NCBI RefSeq assembly: GCF_035594765.1 | Contig: NC_085846.1 | Location: 10,155,190 to 10,219,189, forward strand | Source: Anolis carolinensis | Taxonomy: Eukaryota | Reading direction: 5' to 3' | DNA: 64,000 nucleotides | Shown here: piece after piece, positions 1 to 12,776 of the stretch | Layout of the letters: each line of letters opens with the position of its first letter | Numbering within the stretch: the stretch's first letter is position 1 | Program-made: the position numbers and the translations under genes | Notes under the pieces: model-generated | What the model was told of the DNA's origin: nothing | Databases searched by the model: none | Seen by the model: the letters and a program-made list of their open reading frames with translations, nothing else

Positions 1-189
1 AATGCTAAATTTCTTCTGGCTAAGCAATGTTTTTGCAGTAATAATGCAAAAAGATATACATACATTTTAAAAGATATTATGTACAGGAGGGAATAAAATA
101 CACGACATTTCTAGGTACACACATACATTTAGAAAGGCATCTTCAAATCCTTTTCCCCTAGAAAAAATCAGAAGTCAACCTTACCTTAC

Positions 190-481
190 CTGTGGTATCT
201 TATAGAGGCTCAGGATGGTGGCTATGTGGAAGGAGGTATCAGAGTCAAGGCCTCCAATGACAGCTATTGGGTTCTTCTTCATATCACAGTTATAGTTGAC
301 AACAGCCTTCTTCTGATTAAAGAGAAGATTCAAGGTGTTCCGATAAGTGATCTGAGCATCATAGTGGCTGTCATAGATGTAGAACCCCAAAGTGAAGTTG
401 GGTAAAAGCTTAGGGTTGTCATTGATCTCTTTCACAGCATATACCAAAGAGAGGACATGCTGGTATTTTTTCAGCAGTACA
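190..481 (-). CDS. V2R gene A exon 2
   Basis: 292 nt, TAG acceptor and GTAAG donor, class C GPCR LLPNxTLG motif. Confidence 0.9.
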
Positions 482-1958
482 CTAAAGGAGAAGACACATC
501 ATATGTGAGAAACTATATTATACGCAGACACATATAAATATAAATCTGGAAATTTGAGCCATGAATCAAACTTTTGTACTGCAAATGATAGTTGAAGTCT
601 TAATTTCCTTTATTTCCACAAGTATTTACAACTTTTCTCATGATGCAATGAAGAAAAAATAAATTTGTAAGCCACTTACTAAAAAACCAATGCATGGTCT
701 CCGGATTACATATGATATGTATACACACACGTGTGTGTGTGTGTGTGTCTATACACACACATATCTATCCATCAATCCATATCCATATTTATAAACAGCA
801 TGGTATATTGGTTTGATTGTTGGACTATAATGCCTTTGGGCCATGGTGAGCTACTGTGTGACTTAAGTAAGTTTCTTTGTCAACCTTAGAAGAAGGCAAA
901 GGCAACCTTTCTCTGAAAAAATCTTGTCAAGAAAACCCAGTGATAGGTTCACCTTAGGATGGCTATAACTTGGAAATGACTTGAAGGCACACAAGGATGA
1001 TAAACAACCACAGCCATTATGTTTTGCATTACATTATAATAGTGCCCACTTGTGTGCCATGTTTCTTTAGAATTGCCTGTGTGGATGAAACATGGTTATA
1101 TGTAATCTAAAATGCTACTCACCAAAGATCTAGATGTGTCTGATCCCTTCCAACATAAGTATTGAAGTTATATCTGGCATATCTGGTGCACAATTCATTA
1201 ATTCATGTATTTACTTTATTTATACCCTGGTTTTCTCCCCATTCAAGGTGACTAACAACCCCACACTTTGGTCATAGTTTAAAAAAGCACAATACAAAAG
1301 TTAAAAAACATTAAATATTACAGTGTGGATTAAGCTGAAAAACAGATTAAAATATAATAAATACACATGGAATAAGCATGGAAAACAACCCTTTAACATT
1401 ATCCATGTTATGTAATACCAACCATTTTATCTTCCGAGCAAGGATTGATCCAAGGCTCTCCCTTATTGGTTATTTTGACCCTTTGTGATAGCATATAGGA
1501 ACTGTGCAGGCAATGTTTATGCTGCTTTAAAAGAAGGAGATAGAGAAGAAGCTTGAAGAGATATATTGGAGCTCAGCACCATTCCTTAAAGTATTAGAAA
1601 TAAACTGTTGAAGCAACTAGAGCAATGAAACTGGGTGCAATCATTTCCCCCCTCCCCACAAAGCCTAACTACAAGAATATACATTTTCCTAAATCAGCAA
1701 TATATAAGTTATAGAAATCAATATAACGAATTCTTACAGAGGCACAACTTCCCAATATGGCGCAGGGTGCATTGTGAAATCTATTCCTTCATTAAAGGAG
1801 AAGAACTGAGAAGTAATCCCACCAATGAGGAGGTCTCCTGGTTTATAATATTGGTATTGCAGATGCTTGGGATCATTCATGGCGCACATCATCTTGCAGT
1901 CTGTTCGAGGCAGCAACAGAAATACCAGAAGGCGCAAAAGCAGGAAGTATTTTGTCAT
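190..1958 (-). CDS. V2R gene A, 5' part (exons 1-2; continues beyond left edge)
   Basis: Exon 1 1738-1958 (signal peptide MTKYFLLLRLLVFLLLP, then YYKPGDLLIGG; GTAAG donor). Exon 2 190-481 (292 nt; YQHVLSLVYAVKEIN..LLPNFTLGFYIYDS..NYNC..IPQ). An alternative upstream ATG lies at 2015. Confidence 0.88.
795..995 (+). mobile_element. Old CORE/MIR-like SINE relic
   Basis: ctgtgtgacttaagtaagt core-like stretch and gacttgaaggcacac tail. Confidence 0.5.
1738..1958 (-). CDS. V2R gene A exon 1
   Basis: Signal peptide plus GDLLIGG; phase-2 donor fits exon 2; start codon uncertain (1958 or 2015). Confidence 0.8.
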
Positions 1959-3637
1959 GCAGAAGGGAAGGCTTTCTTCCCTTGGTTGAGAATCCGTGGT
2001 TTCGATAGAGATCATTTTCTTTTCTGTACCTCTGGAGATTTCAGATGACACCTAGACAGGTAGAAATCTACTCTCTAACCCTGAAGTTAAAACTGGTGGC
2101 TTCAAGGATGATATATACTATTTGTTGACCAAAACTCTCAATTTTCTCCAACCATGTCAGAGACTACTTAATATAAGCAATTAATTTTTTTAGGTGGCGA
2201 TAGTGGTGGTGGTTAAATCAACATTGCTGCAGCAAGGGGAAGGCTGGATAACAGTTCTTAGAAAATTATAGGCTAAGCACTCGCATTTCCCCAAAGAATT
2301 GCATTTGGAATAACATGATGTGTAATAGTGCAGTAAAATAAACATGGACACGATCTATGCACAGAGGAGCACATTGAAGGCCTAATGATTTTTGAGGTGC
2401 ATTGGTTTGTTCTATTTGGGACTTAATTTTTCTTAAAAGAAAAATAAACATTATTTGGAAAGTGTATTATTAAATTTAAAGCATAGAGTTCAAAATAGCT
2501 GCACTGAATTCCATAAAAGAAAGCCAAAGTTGCAAAAAATGGAGCTAAATCAGTTTACCTGCTTAGCTTCTTTGATATTAAGGCACCTCACTCTCCCCAA
2601 ATTAATCTAGACATTTGATGACTTCATGCAAAGTTATATGAATTTATTTTTATTTTTAAAATCTTTTTCTGCTCCAAAGAAATTTTGCTGTTCTGAAGCC
2701 ACTGAAATCCTTGAGAAGACCCAGCAGCAACTGTACCCTGAATAATATTAAAACTAAATCTAATAGATGTACTAAAGTTGTGTTGCTCATGTTTTGTATT
2801 AACCCATAAGTGTATAAAGCCATCTACTCCCCCAGTCCCCTCTATTAGCATAATCCCCAGGGAACGGGGATCGTTGAGCCACTAGGCAATATCCTTCCAG
2901 TGATCTCCCAAACCTGGAAAACGTAATCTATTTCGTGTGTAAGTGAAATACAGCTAATACCATTAAACTCATAGCAATACTACCCCAACCGTGAATGTAT
3001 AGGCTTTGTGAATATGAATTGGTTATGCCTATGTAGCCCTAGGTAATGAATCCAGAACTGCAAATACTAAGTTCTAGCTGTGGTTGTTTGGGAGAAATCA
3101 TAATATCTTTGCATACATACATACACAGTAAACAATATTTTCAGAGAAGGAGTTTTGATGTGAATTTTTAAATTTTACATTGCAATAGAGACAACAGGGG
3201 GTGGGGTGCGGGGGGTGGTGGGTAGGGATAGACAATCTTCTTTATCACTATCCAAGGAGAAAAACTTTAGCTCTTCCAAAATATATCTCAAATGACTGGC
3301 TTTTGGATGATACAGGTGTTCCTGATCATCTGTTATAATCACGATGAGTGTACAAGTTGCCCATTCCCTAGTGATGCATGGACTTGTAATAATGACCCAC
3401 ATCAAAGCGAAAGCACAAATGACCTAAAGCATAATCTTAAGCATAAAATAAATTAGCATGATATATTTTCGATAGTGGAATATACTATACATTAGCATAA
3501 TTCTAAACCTAAATTCAGTCTTACATATCCTGATTCCTCAATACAAACGAAGACTGGGACCCATCCTTCTGATGGAATTATGAGGATTAAATATAGATCA
3601 TTCTTTTGTACCAGAATATCATCAATCATCAGGACAT

Positions 3638-3643
3638 TTTATT
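3638..3643 (-). terminator. Candidate polyadenylation signal of gene B (also D 31510-31515, E 43950-43955, F 55573-55578)
   Basis: AATAAA about 65 nt after the stop, kept in four paralogs. Confidence 0.4.
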
Positions 3644-3704
3644 AACATTAGGACCAAATTACAAATAAAAGACAATGGATGATGAATGAATAAACAAACT
3701 TTTT

Positions 3705-4606
3705 TTAATTCTTTCTTTTCATTATTTTTTCCTTTGTATTCATATCAGGCCTCAGAATAATGATATAGCATTTGGGGAAAAATATAAAACCAAATAATCC
3801 AGCACTGGAAGCTAAGATTGAGAAGATCTCCACGGCCACCATGTATTTCCCCTTGGAGCTCAAGTATGTTGGCACAAAGGAAATCCACACACTGCAGAAG
3901 ACCAACATGCTGAAGGTGATGAACTTGGCTTCATTAAAACTGTCAGGCAACTTCCTGGCAAAGAAAGCTGATGTGAAACTGCAAATGAACAGGAAACCCA
4001 TAAAACCCAAGAGGCAATAAAACATGGTGATTGACCCTTCATTACACTTCAGAATGACTTCTTCAGCCATTGAGTTCACATCAAGATCAGGAAATGGTGG
4101 AAAGGTAGACAGCCACACTGTACAAATGGTGGCTTGAATGAGCAAGCTGGAAAGAACAATGGACGTGGCCATTCTTTTCCCCAACCATTTCCTCCACTTG
4201 GATTCAGGCTTGGTGGCTTGGAAAGCAAGAATCACAGTGATAGTTTTTGCCAACACAGAAGAAATGGCCACTGAGAAGATGATGCCAAAAGCTGTCTGCC
4301 GAAAGAGACAGGTCATCTTCTGTGGCTTTCCAATGAACAGCAGAGCACAAAGGAAGGAGAGCAGGAGGGAGAGGAGGAGGGTGTAGGTGAGGGTCCGATT
4401 ATTGGCCTTGACAATGGGAGTGTCCCGGTGTTTGAGGAAGATCCAAAGCACTACAGCAGTCACACAAAACAAGAAAAGAGCAGTGCTGGCCAGACTTCTT
4501 CCCAGGGTTTCTTCAAAAGTGAGGAAAGTTAGAGATTTGGGGATGCAGAAATCCCTCTTCTTGTTTGGGTAATGATCTTCTGGACACTGAAAGCAGTTAT
4601 CCACAT
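3705..4606 (-). CDS. V2R gene B exon 6 (7TM)
   Basis: 902 nt, CAG acceptor, [34 protein letters not shown], stop codon. Confidence 0.93.
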
Positions 4607-7600
4607 CTGCAGAAAAGTAAACATTGACCTCACTGAAAGTCAATTGATATAGTCAAAACATCATTTTGAAAGCCTGTAGTATAGCCTATGGAGTCAACAT
4701 TTCCACATCCCACATCCATTGGAAGGAATATTGACTAGAAAGAGACTAGGAGAAACTCAAGGCAGTAATGAATCCCACCCACTTCTTCAGGTCAGGATGA
4801 GGTACTTCTCATTCAAATTAAGGCTTTTCTACTTATACAGCCCATAAATTCCTATGAAGCTCAACTCTAAGTTCTTTTTGGGCTTGGTTGGAGTGAGACA
4901 ATAGCTTTACATTGAGCTACTGCCACAAGGAGTGTTTTAATGTTGTGTTCTGGGAGAAGATGCTAGTTATTGTCCTTTCCTCCACATTATTCCCATTGAA
5001 AACTAAAATAACCTACAGTGGTACAGATACAGGCAACTGAAAGAAAGATTTACACTAGACTGTAAAAATATGGGATTTGAAAGAGACCAATCAGAATTTG
5101 AAAAGGATCTATGTACTAACAAATAAATCTTATTGGAAAAATATATAAAGTATTACCGAAAATGGAAATGGAAACAGAATTGTCAAAGGATTATATGATT
5201 AAATGGGCACAAATTGTCGGATAAATGGGGAGAATGTGGACTATTGGCTTAAAAAAAATCGATGCTATGACCTTAGAGAAAATTTTATAAAATGATGAAC
5301 AGGTGGTACCTGACCCCAACAAAACTAGCTAAAATGTATAAGGGGAGAAACAACAAGTGCTGGAAATGTAAAGAACAGGAAAGAACTTTCTTCCACATGT
5401 GGTGGTCTTGTAAAAAAGCAAGATAAATCTAGGGTAAGGTACAAAAAACACTGCAAGAAAATTTTCACTCAAAGATACAATTGGAGCCCAAATTATTTTT
5501 ATTGGGAATATCAAATAAACAAACAAAATCATTAAACTACAAAGTATTGCCCTCATGATAATAGCAGCAAAAATACTATATGCACAGTTTTGGAAGAAGG
5601 CGGACCTCCTTTAAAATAGCAGAATGGACCAATTAGCAATTATGAACAAAGAAAAAAACACACAAAAATTATCAAGGACTGGGAGCCATTTCTAAATTTT
5701 GTAAAAAGAAATAAATAAAAGTTTTTACAGAAGGCTTCACAATTTAACCTTTTAGAATCTGTGCTGGGAATTTATAAACAATAACTATCAGGCCAGAAAG
5801 AAGAATCGAAAAACAATGTAACAAGAAGGAAGAACAGAATTATATATGAATGTCTCCAACCCAAGGAATTTAAAAAAAGTTTTCAGAAAATTGAACTGTT
5901 AAGTGTGAGGGATAATTTTCTCTCTCCTCTCCTGATTGGTGCATTCTTATCCCAAGGCATATTGGGAAATGTAGTTTATGGCAGGGCCTTTTGCAATCTT
6001 TACCATTGGGGACCTGGCCTTCCTAAACTACAGCTAAGATGGCTGTGATTAGCCACAGCATCTCCTTTATGGCAAGATACGGCCAAAGGAATGAGATTTG
6101 AAAAGATTTTAAAAGCAGCTTTAACAAATTTGCTTAATGATTGCAGTGAAAATTAAACTGACTTTCGGAAACATCACAATGTTACAGAACATTTCCGAAA
6201 AAAATGGGTAAGTGATTCAAATTCTAAATTCCTCTCCCACCTGTCCCGCATGCCTCGGAACTCACCTTTGTATGCCCAAATGCAATTAACCAGATCCAAG
6301 TTCCGATCTAATCCGAAATTATGCTCAAGCCTAGTAGCGAGACTGGGGGAGAGGTGGGAGACAACTGTCCATTAAGGAAATAACGGACAATATTTTAATT
6401 TTAATATGTCACATATGTGGATATACAAAGGTCTATTTTGGTTCTAGGCAAAACATGAAGCAAGGTTTGTGAGGAAGAGTGGAATTATATATGAATGTCT
6501 CCAACCCAAGGGACGTCACTAAATTGGGAGGAGTGAGAGGAGGGAGAGCATAACTGCATGTCTGGTTCATGCAGCGGGTATATAGATTTGTTTCATTGTT
6601 TTTTATGAATATGTAAATCGATTTATGATTTATGAATACGTAAATTAAGCCCCTGGTGGCGCAGCGGTTTAAACTGAGCTGCTGAACTTGCTAACTGAAA
6701 GGTTGGTGGGGCGAATCCGGAAAGCGGGGTGAGCTCCCACTGTTAGCCTCAGCTTCTGCCAACCCAGCAGTTCAAAAATGTGAGTAGATCAATAGGTACC
6801 ACTCCAACGGGAAGGTAACAGCTCTCCATGCAGTCATGCCGGCCACATGACTTTCGAGGTGTCTATGGACAACGCCGGCTCTTCGGCTTAGAAATGGAGA
6901 TGAGCACCAACCCCTAGAGTCAGACACGATTAGACTTAAAGTCAGGGGAAAACCTTTACCTTTTAAATTGAATATAAAAAACATATTAATTCCAAAAATT
7001 AAAACAACATCCTTTTTCTTGAAAGAAAGCTTTTCTTTATACACATAAGAGTGTGAAGGAAGTTATAGAAAATACATTCCATGTGAAATAAGAAGATGGA
7101 AAGGAAGAGAGGGAGAGAGGACCACTCTTACCCCTCTGGGCAGAAATCTTCCCTTCTGGACATGGAATACAATCATAGCAGCAAAATGGCTTCCCTTCCT
7201 TCTTTCTTTTACTGTAACCTGGATAACAATTGTCATTACACAGAGAAAGAGGTTGTGCCTATCAACAAGTAAAGGAAAGTATTTCATGGTGATGATCCTC
7301 CACTCTGCCCCCCCCCCCCAACTCCCCAATATAATTCTATGAAATCTATTTGAGTCTAAGCTTTTGTCTAGCATCTGTAATGGACTGATGAGGGCAAGAA
7401 AATGAGGGTCAATCTGACTAGACTCGTGGTCAGTTGAAACACAGATAAACAAATCAAGGATACACCCAGTGGTGGTTGAGATTACCTGGGGGTTGGGACC
7501 CTTGGGGGGGGGGGTTGCGAGGGGGTGTCAGAGGAGTTGCCAAAGACCACCAGAAAACACATATTTCTGATGTTCTTAGGAACCCTTTTGACAGAGAAGG

Positions 7601-10600
7601 CTGAAGATCTCTCCACCTGTCCTTCTCTTCCTTTCTCTGTGTGGGAAGTTTGGCCCACTTCAATCTTTAGTGAGGTTCAAAGGGCTCTTTGATTGTAGGT
7701 GAACTATAAATCCCACCAACTACAACTTCCAAATGTCAAGGCCTATTTTCCCCAAACTTCACCAGTGTTCACATTTGGGCATATTGAGTATTCGTGCCAA
7801 GTTTGGTCCAGATGCATCATTGAGTCCACAATGCTCTCTGGATGTAGGTGAACTCCAAAACTGAAGGTCAATGCCAATCAAACCCTTCCAGTATTTAATG
7901 TGTGCCAGGTTTGGGTCAATTCCATCATTGGTGGAGTTCAGAGTGCTTTTTATTGTAGGTTAACTACAACTCCCAAATGACAAAAATCAATCCCTCCCAA
8001 CCCTACCAGTATTCAAATTTGGGCGTATTGGGTATTTGTGCCAAATGTGGTCCAGTGAATGAAAATACATCCTACATACCATATATTTACATTACGATAC
8101 ATAACAGTAGCAAAATTACAGTTATGAAGTAGCAATGAAAATAATGTTATGGTTGGGGTCACCACAACATGAAGAACTGTATTAAGGGGTTGTGGAATTA
8201 GTAAGATTGAGAACTACTGCACTAGAGGTCCACAGATGCACAACTTGTATGGCTTCAGCCTTGAATATATCAGGGCAAGAAACATAGTCAATGATATCAA
8301 AATTGCCCAGGGTTCTGCAATGTGCTTTGGCACACTTAAAGGCTATGGGGCCAACTCCACCCATTGCTGAAGAAGCCTGATCCATCCACAGTTACACATG
8401 CCATGATGCCATCTCATTTGGATGATTGTATCACACTGACTCCATAAAGGGTTGACTTTAAAGAGTGTTCAGAAATTTGACCCAGGACCAAGAGTAACTC
8501 CATAAAGTCTGTGAGCTCCACAATTCAAAGTGTTGGTTGTGGTTTAGAAAGGTCTACACAGCATATATCTAGATTATTGGCCAAACCATATCTACTTGAC
8601 TGAGACTCCCTGAGCCCTGATATTTACAAAAAAAAGTCTACCACTTTTGGTCCCTTCACAAATATGCTTGGTGGAAACAGGAGAGAGGACCTTTTCAATG
8701 GAGGAGAAAGAATGAAAGTTTCTCCTACCAAGATGATCTGCTTATGATACCGGTATCTGACACTGAGATTCTGTACATACATTTTTGGGAGGATGGAAAT
8801 CATCATATGATGGAATGTATTCACGTCCTACCTGATTGAACCAGCTGGGCCATACAATGGCATCCTCATGAACAGTGAACTCAACGGTTGGTAGAGACTG
8901 TGGATCTATCCTTCCCACTTTCACTCGACTAAAGGTCTCATTCGGGAATGTGACCCAATTGATGATATCAAACAGAGCTACTAATTTCCCATTTTCATTA
9001 AAGGAAATTTCTTCTCCAACTGAGTTGTTAAAGATAACACATTTTAGGAAGTGATGAAGCTAAATTGGGAGGAGAAAATGCAGTTACAAATGATGCTCAC
9101 TGTCCAAATAAACAACATATGATAGTAATTGCTCACAGTTGACATCTATACTTAACGGAATCTATATGTCCTTAAAAATATATGTTTATTTATGATACTA
9201 ATGAGTTATTTTATATAAAGCTAGGAAATTTCTAGTACACAGAGCAGTGCATGCACATCTTCCAATAAGAAAGACATTAACCAGGAAAGAGATCTCACCT
9301 GATCTTGGATGCAAAACAGGCTCAGCCCTGGATAGTGCTTGGATGGAAAAATGCCAATGAATACCTGGCACTGTAGATTATATTTCAGAGGAAGGAAATG
9401 GTAAAGCCATATCAGAGTTTACCTTGCCTAAGAAAACCTTATGAAACTCATAACTCCCTTAGTTAATAGGCAATGTGAAAGGCACATACACTCAAATTGG
9501 AAACATGGGTCATAGGGAATACGAAGCAATACTTACAGTGTGCTATCCAGTACTTAGAAATTACTTAGATCACATTGTATGTTTTAACCTTTACAGAAAA
9601 TATATCATGTCTTTTTTGCTATGTGTTATGTCTACTACCTGTGGCAAACTTAAGGCAAACCAGATTTTCCTGAGAAGTTTTGTTCAGAGGCAGTTTGTTA
9701 TCAATGTGCACCTATTATCCACTAAATAGAAATATATATAGAAGTGCAAAGACAGACAGATGCATTATCCACTTACTCTAGTAATTTGGTGAAAATAGAT
9801 AAAATGAAATAAAAATGAAAAAGAAGTTATCATATCATATCACATACTTTTATTGAAATTTGTATGCATAGATGAAATTAACATGAAGTACAATAATAAC
9901 TTAGAAAGGAATGCTGTGATTACTAACAAATCAACATTGATTTCTCAAAAAGAAGTCATGCCAGACTAATCTTATCTCTTTTTTTTTAATAGAGTTACAG
10001 GCTTTGTAGATGCAGGGAATGTTGTGGATGTAGCCTATCTTGATTTCAATAAGGCCTTTGACAAAGTCCCCCATGACCTTCTTGCAAGCAAATTAGTCAA
10101 ATTTGGGCTAAGCAATACTACTATTAAGTGGATTTGTAATTGGTTAAGTGACTGAACCCAAAGGGTGCTCACCAATAGTTTCTCTTTAACCTGGAAAGAA
10201 GTGACTAGTGGAGTGCCGCAGGGTTTGGACCTGAACCCACTACTGCTCAACATCTCAACCAAATTAGCAGGGATAGCTAATACTCCAGAGGACAGGATCA
10301 GAATTCAAAATGACCGTAACCTATTAGAGAGCTGGAGCAAAACTAACAAAACGAATTTCAGCAAGGGCAAATGTAAGGTACTACACTTAGGTAGAAAAAT
10401 GAAATGCAAAGATACAGAATGGGTGATGCCTGGCTTGACAACAGTCCATGTGAGAAAGTTCTTGGAGTCTTCATGGACAACAAGTTGAACATGAACCAAC
10501 AGTATGATGCAGCAGCTAGAAAATCCAATGGGATTATGGGCTGCACAAAAGGACTATAGTGTCTAGATCGAGGGGAGTTATTGACAAGCTGGAAGGTGTC

Positions 10601-12744
10601 CAGAGGAGGGCGAGTAAAATGATCAAAGGTCTGGAGGCCATGCCCTATGAGGAATGTCTTAAAGAATTGGGTATGTTTAGCCTGCAGAAGAGAAGACTGA
10701 GAGGAGACATGATAGCCATGTATACATATGTGAAAGGATGTCATAAGGAAGAAGCAGCAGACTTGTTTTCTGCTGCCCTTGAAACCAGGACTAGGAACAA
10801 TGGGTTCAAGTTACAGGAAAGGAGAGTCCACCTGAATATTAAGAACTTCCTGACCGTATGAGCTGTTCAACAGTGGAACTTTCAACCTTGGAAGAAGGTC
10901 CTTCCTTGAATTTTTTTTTTTAAACAGAGGCTAGATGGCCACCTGTCCGGGATACTTTGATTGTGCTTTTCCTGCATGTCAGGGGGTTAGATTACGTGGC
11001 CCATGTGGTCTCTTCCAACTCTATCATTCTATGATTCTATGATACGAAGTTACAAAAGGAACTGAGTATACTCTAGTTTTTAAAAGTACAGAGGCAGCTA
11101 TGAAGTCACAGAAAAAGGAGGGTGACTCAGTCTTAGCACCTAGACACCAGAATCCAACCTTTGCCAGACATTTTGTGGGCTGTACATTACCTGCCATGAC
11201 TGCATTTTTTGAAGATCTCTGATCCCAGTTATTCTGTATTTGAACTTGGACGAATCCATGTCATGCAAAGCATGTGCGGCAGCATAGACAGCATTGTAGA
11301 TACTGTAGCTATGACTATTCATGCCCACTTCAAAGACAGACATAGGAAGAGTCTCCAACTTGTCCTCCTCAGTGCAGATATTTTCAGAGGACCCATCTAA
11401 ATTGGGCCCAGGAAATGTACACAGGAATGCCTGTTGCCAGAAGCTTCTGATAAAGCCATCTTCTCGATCTGTGTCTGGTTTTCTGTTCTGCAGAAATTCA
11501 TGGAACCCTGAAACCTTTTTTGGGAAAAGTGAAACAGATAAAGCCCCATGGATGAAGCTCAGGTCCCAGTCTCTTTGAATTGGGAGTGATGCAAAATCTA
11601 TTTCAGCCGTCAGAATCCAGACTTTATTTATTTTTGGCATATCATAGAAAAATGGAATTCCTATCCATATTCTCAAAGTTAGAATTGACTGAATTTCTCC
11701 ATTTAGGATCACTGCATTGGCAATACTTTTCCCAACAAGCTTTGATGTTCCAATAAGTTGATTTGCCATTGTTTCAATTTCACTGAAAAAGTTAATTGGG
11801 ACTGCTGACTTTATGAAGTCAAAGCAAATACCTTTTTGCACGAACAAGGGGAGTACTTTCTGTACAAATTTTTGTCCTACTTCAGTGTCTAAATAAATCA
11901 CTCCAATCCACATCCACTGGAAATGCAAAATTAAGTCGAGAATCCCGATGTATTGATGGGTCTCATTTGGGAACATGTGGTGAAAGAAAACAGCTTCATT
12001 TTTGTTATCCATTAGTGGAGCAGAGCCATATGTGAGCTTAAGGGTTAAAGATAGGGAGGTAATTAATATTGTATTAGGAAATTACATCTACTCGTTAATT
12101 TAATTTTAATGAGTGAATGAAATGACTGCATCAGGTAGTTTATCAGTACTGTTTAAATCACAACATAGCCTTGAAATAGCAAAATCCTCCAAAAAGGAAT
12201 CAAAAGCAAGGAAAAGTAGAGGAAAAACAATAGGTTATGGTAAAGAAATAATTATAGAAACATATTTTAAATTTTCTTTTAAAAAATTCAATGTTTGCAT
12301 CTCTAAGATTTGAAAAGGAATGATATTAGACTGGTTTGAACTAAAATAGTGATTGAACATCCATCACCCTATATCAATTAAAATGATAGTCTTCATATTT
12401 TGCGCTACAATAAATCTTCTGGACCATCTTCAATGGCAACTCAGTATGAAATCCATCACAGTGTAAACCAACTTGGAGGCAAATTCTGTAACCAGGCTAT
12501 CCCGGCCTAAGAATGGTCACAGCTGATGAACCAGATAAAGCTGGTCAAAAGTAACAAGGCTAACTTCGACAATCAAAGGCTAAGCAACCATCCTTTCGAA
12601 GGGAGTAAATAACTCTGGGGAGTTATTTTTAGGATATACCACATAAATGGAATTTCTGAACATTGACAGGTTTTCCACCTTGACAGACTTCATTCTGATG
12701 ATTGCCATTTCCAGAAATTGGCTAACCTGATGTATAGTAGAAGA

Positions 12745-12776
<32 letters not shown>

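Noticed and set aside
3772-4572. Plus-strand ORFs of 61-82 aa recurring opposite each exon 6 (also near 31647, 44087, 55710)
   Set aside because: Antisense shadows of the V2R 7TM exon. They recur only because the exon is duplicated, and most start at non-ATG codons.
9280-9370. Possible 5S rRNA gene
   Set aside because: Too diverged, fused to a SINE tail and intronic; treated as a SINE relic.
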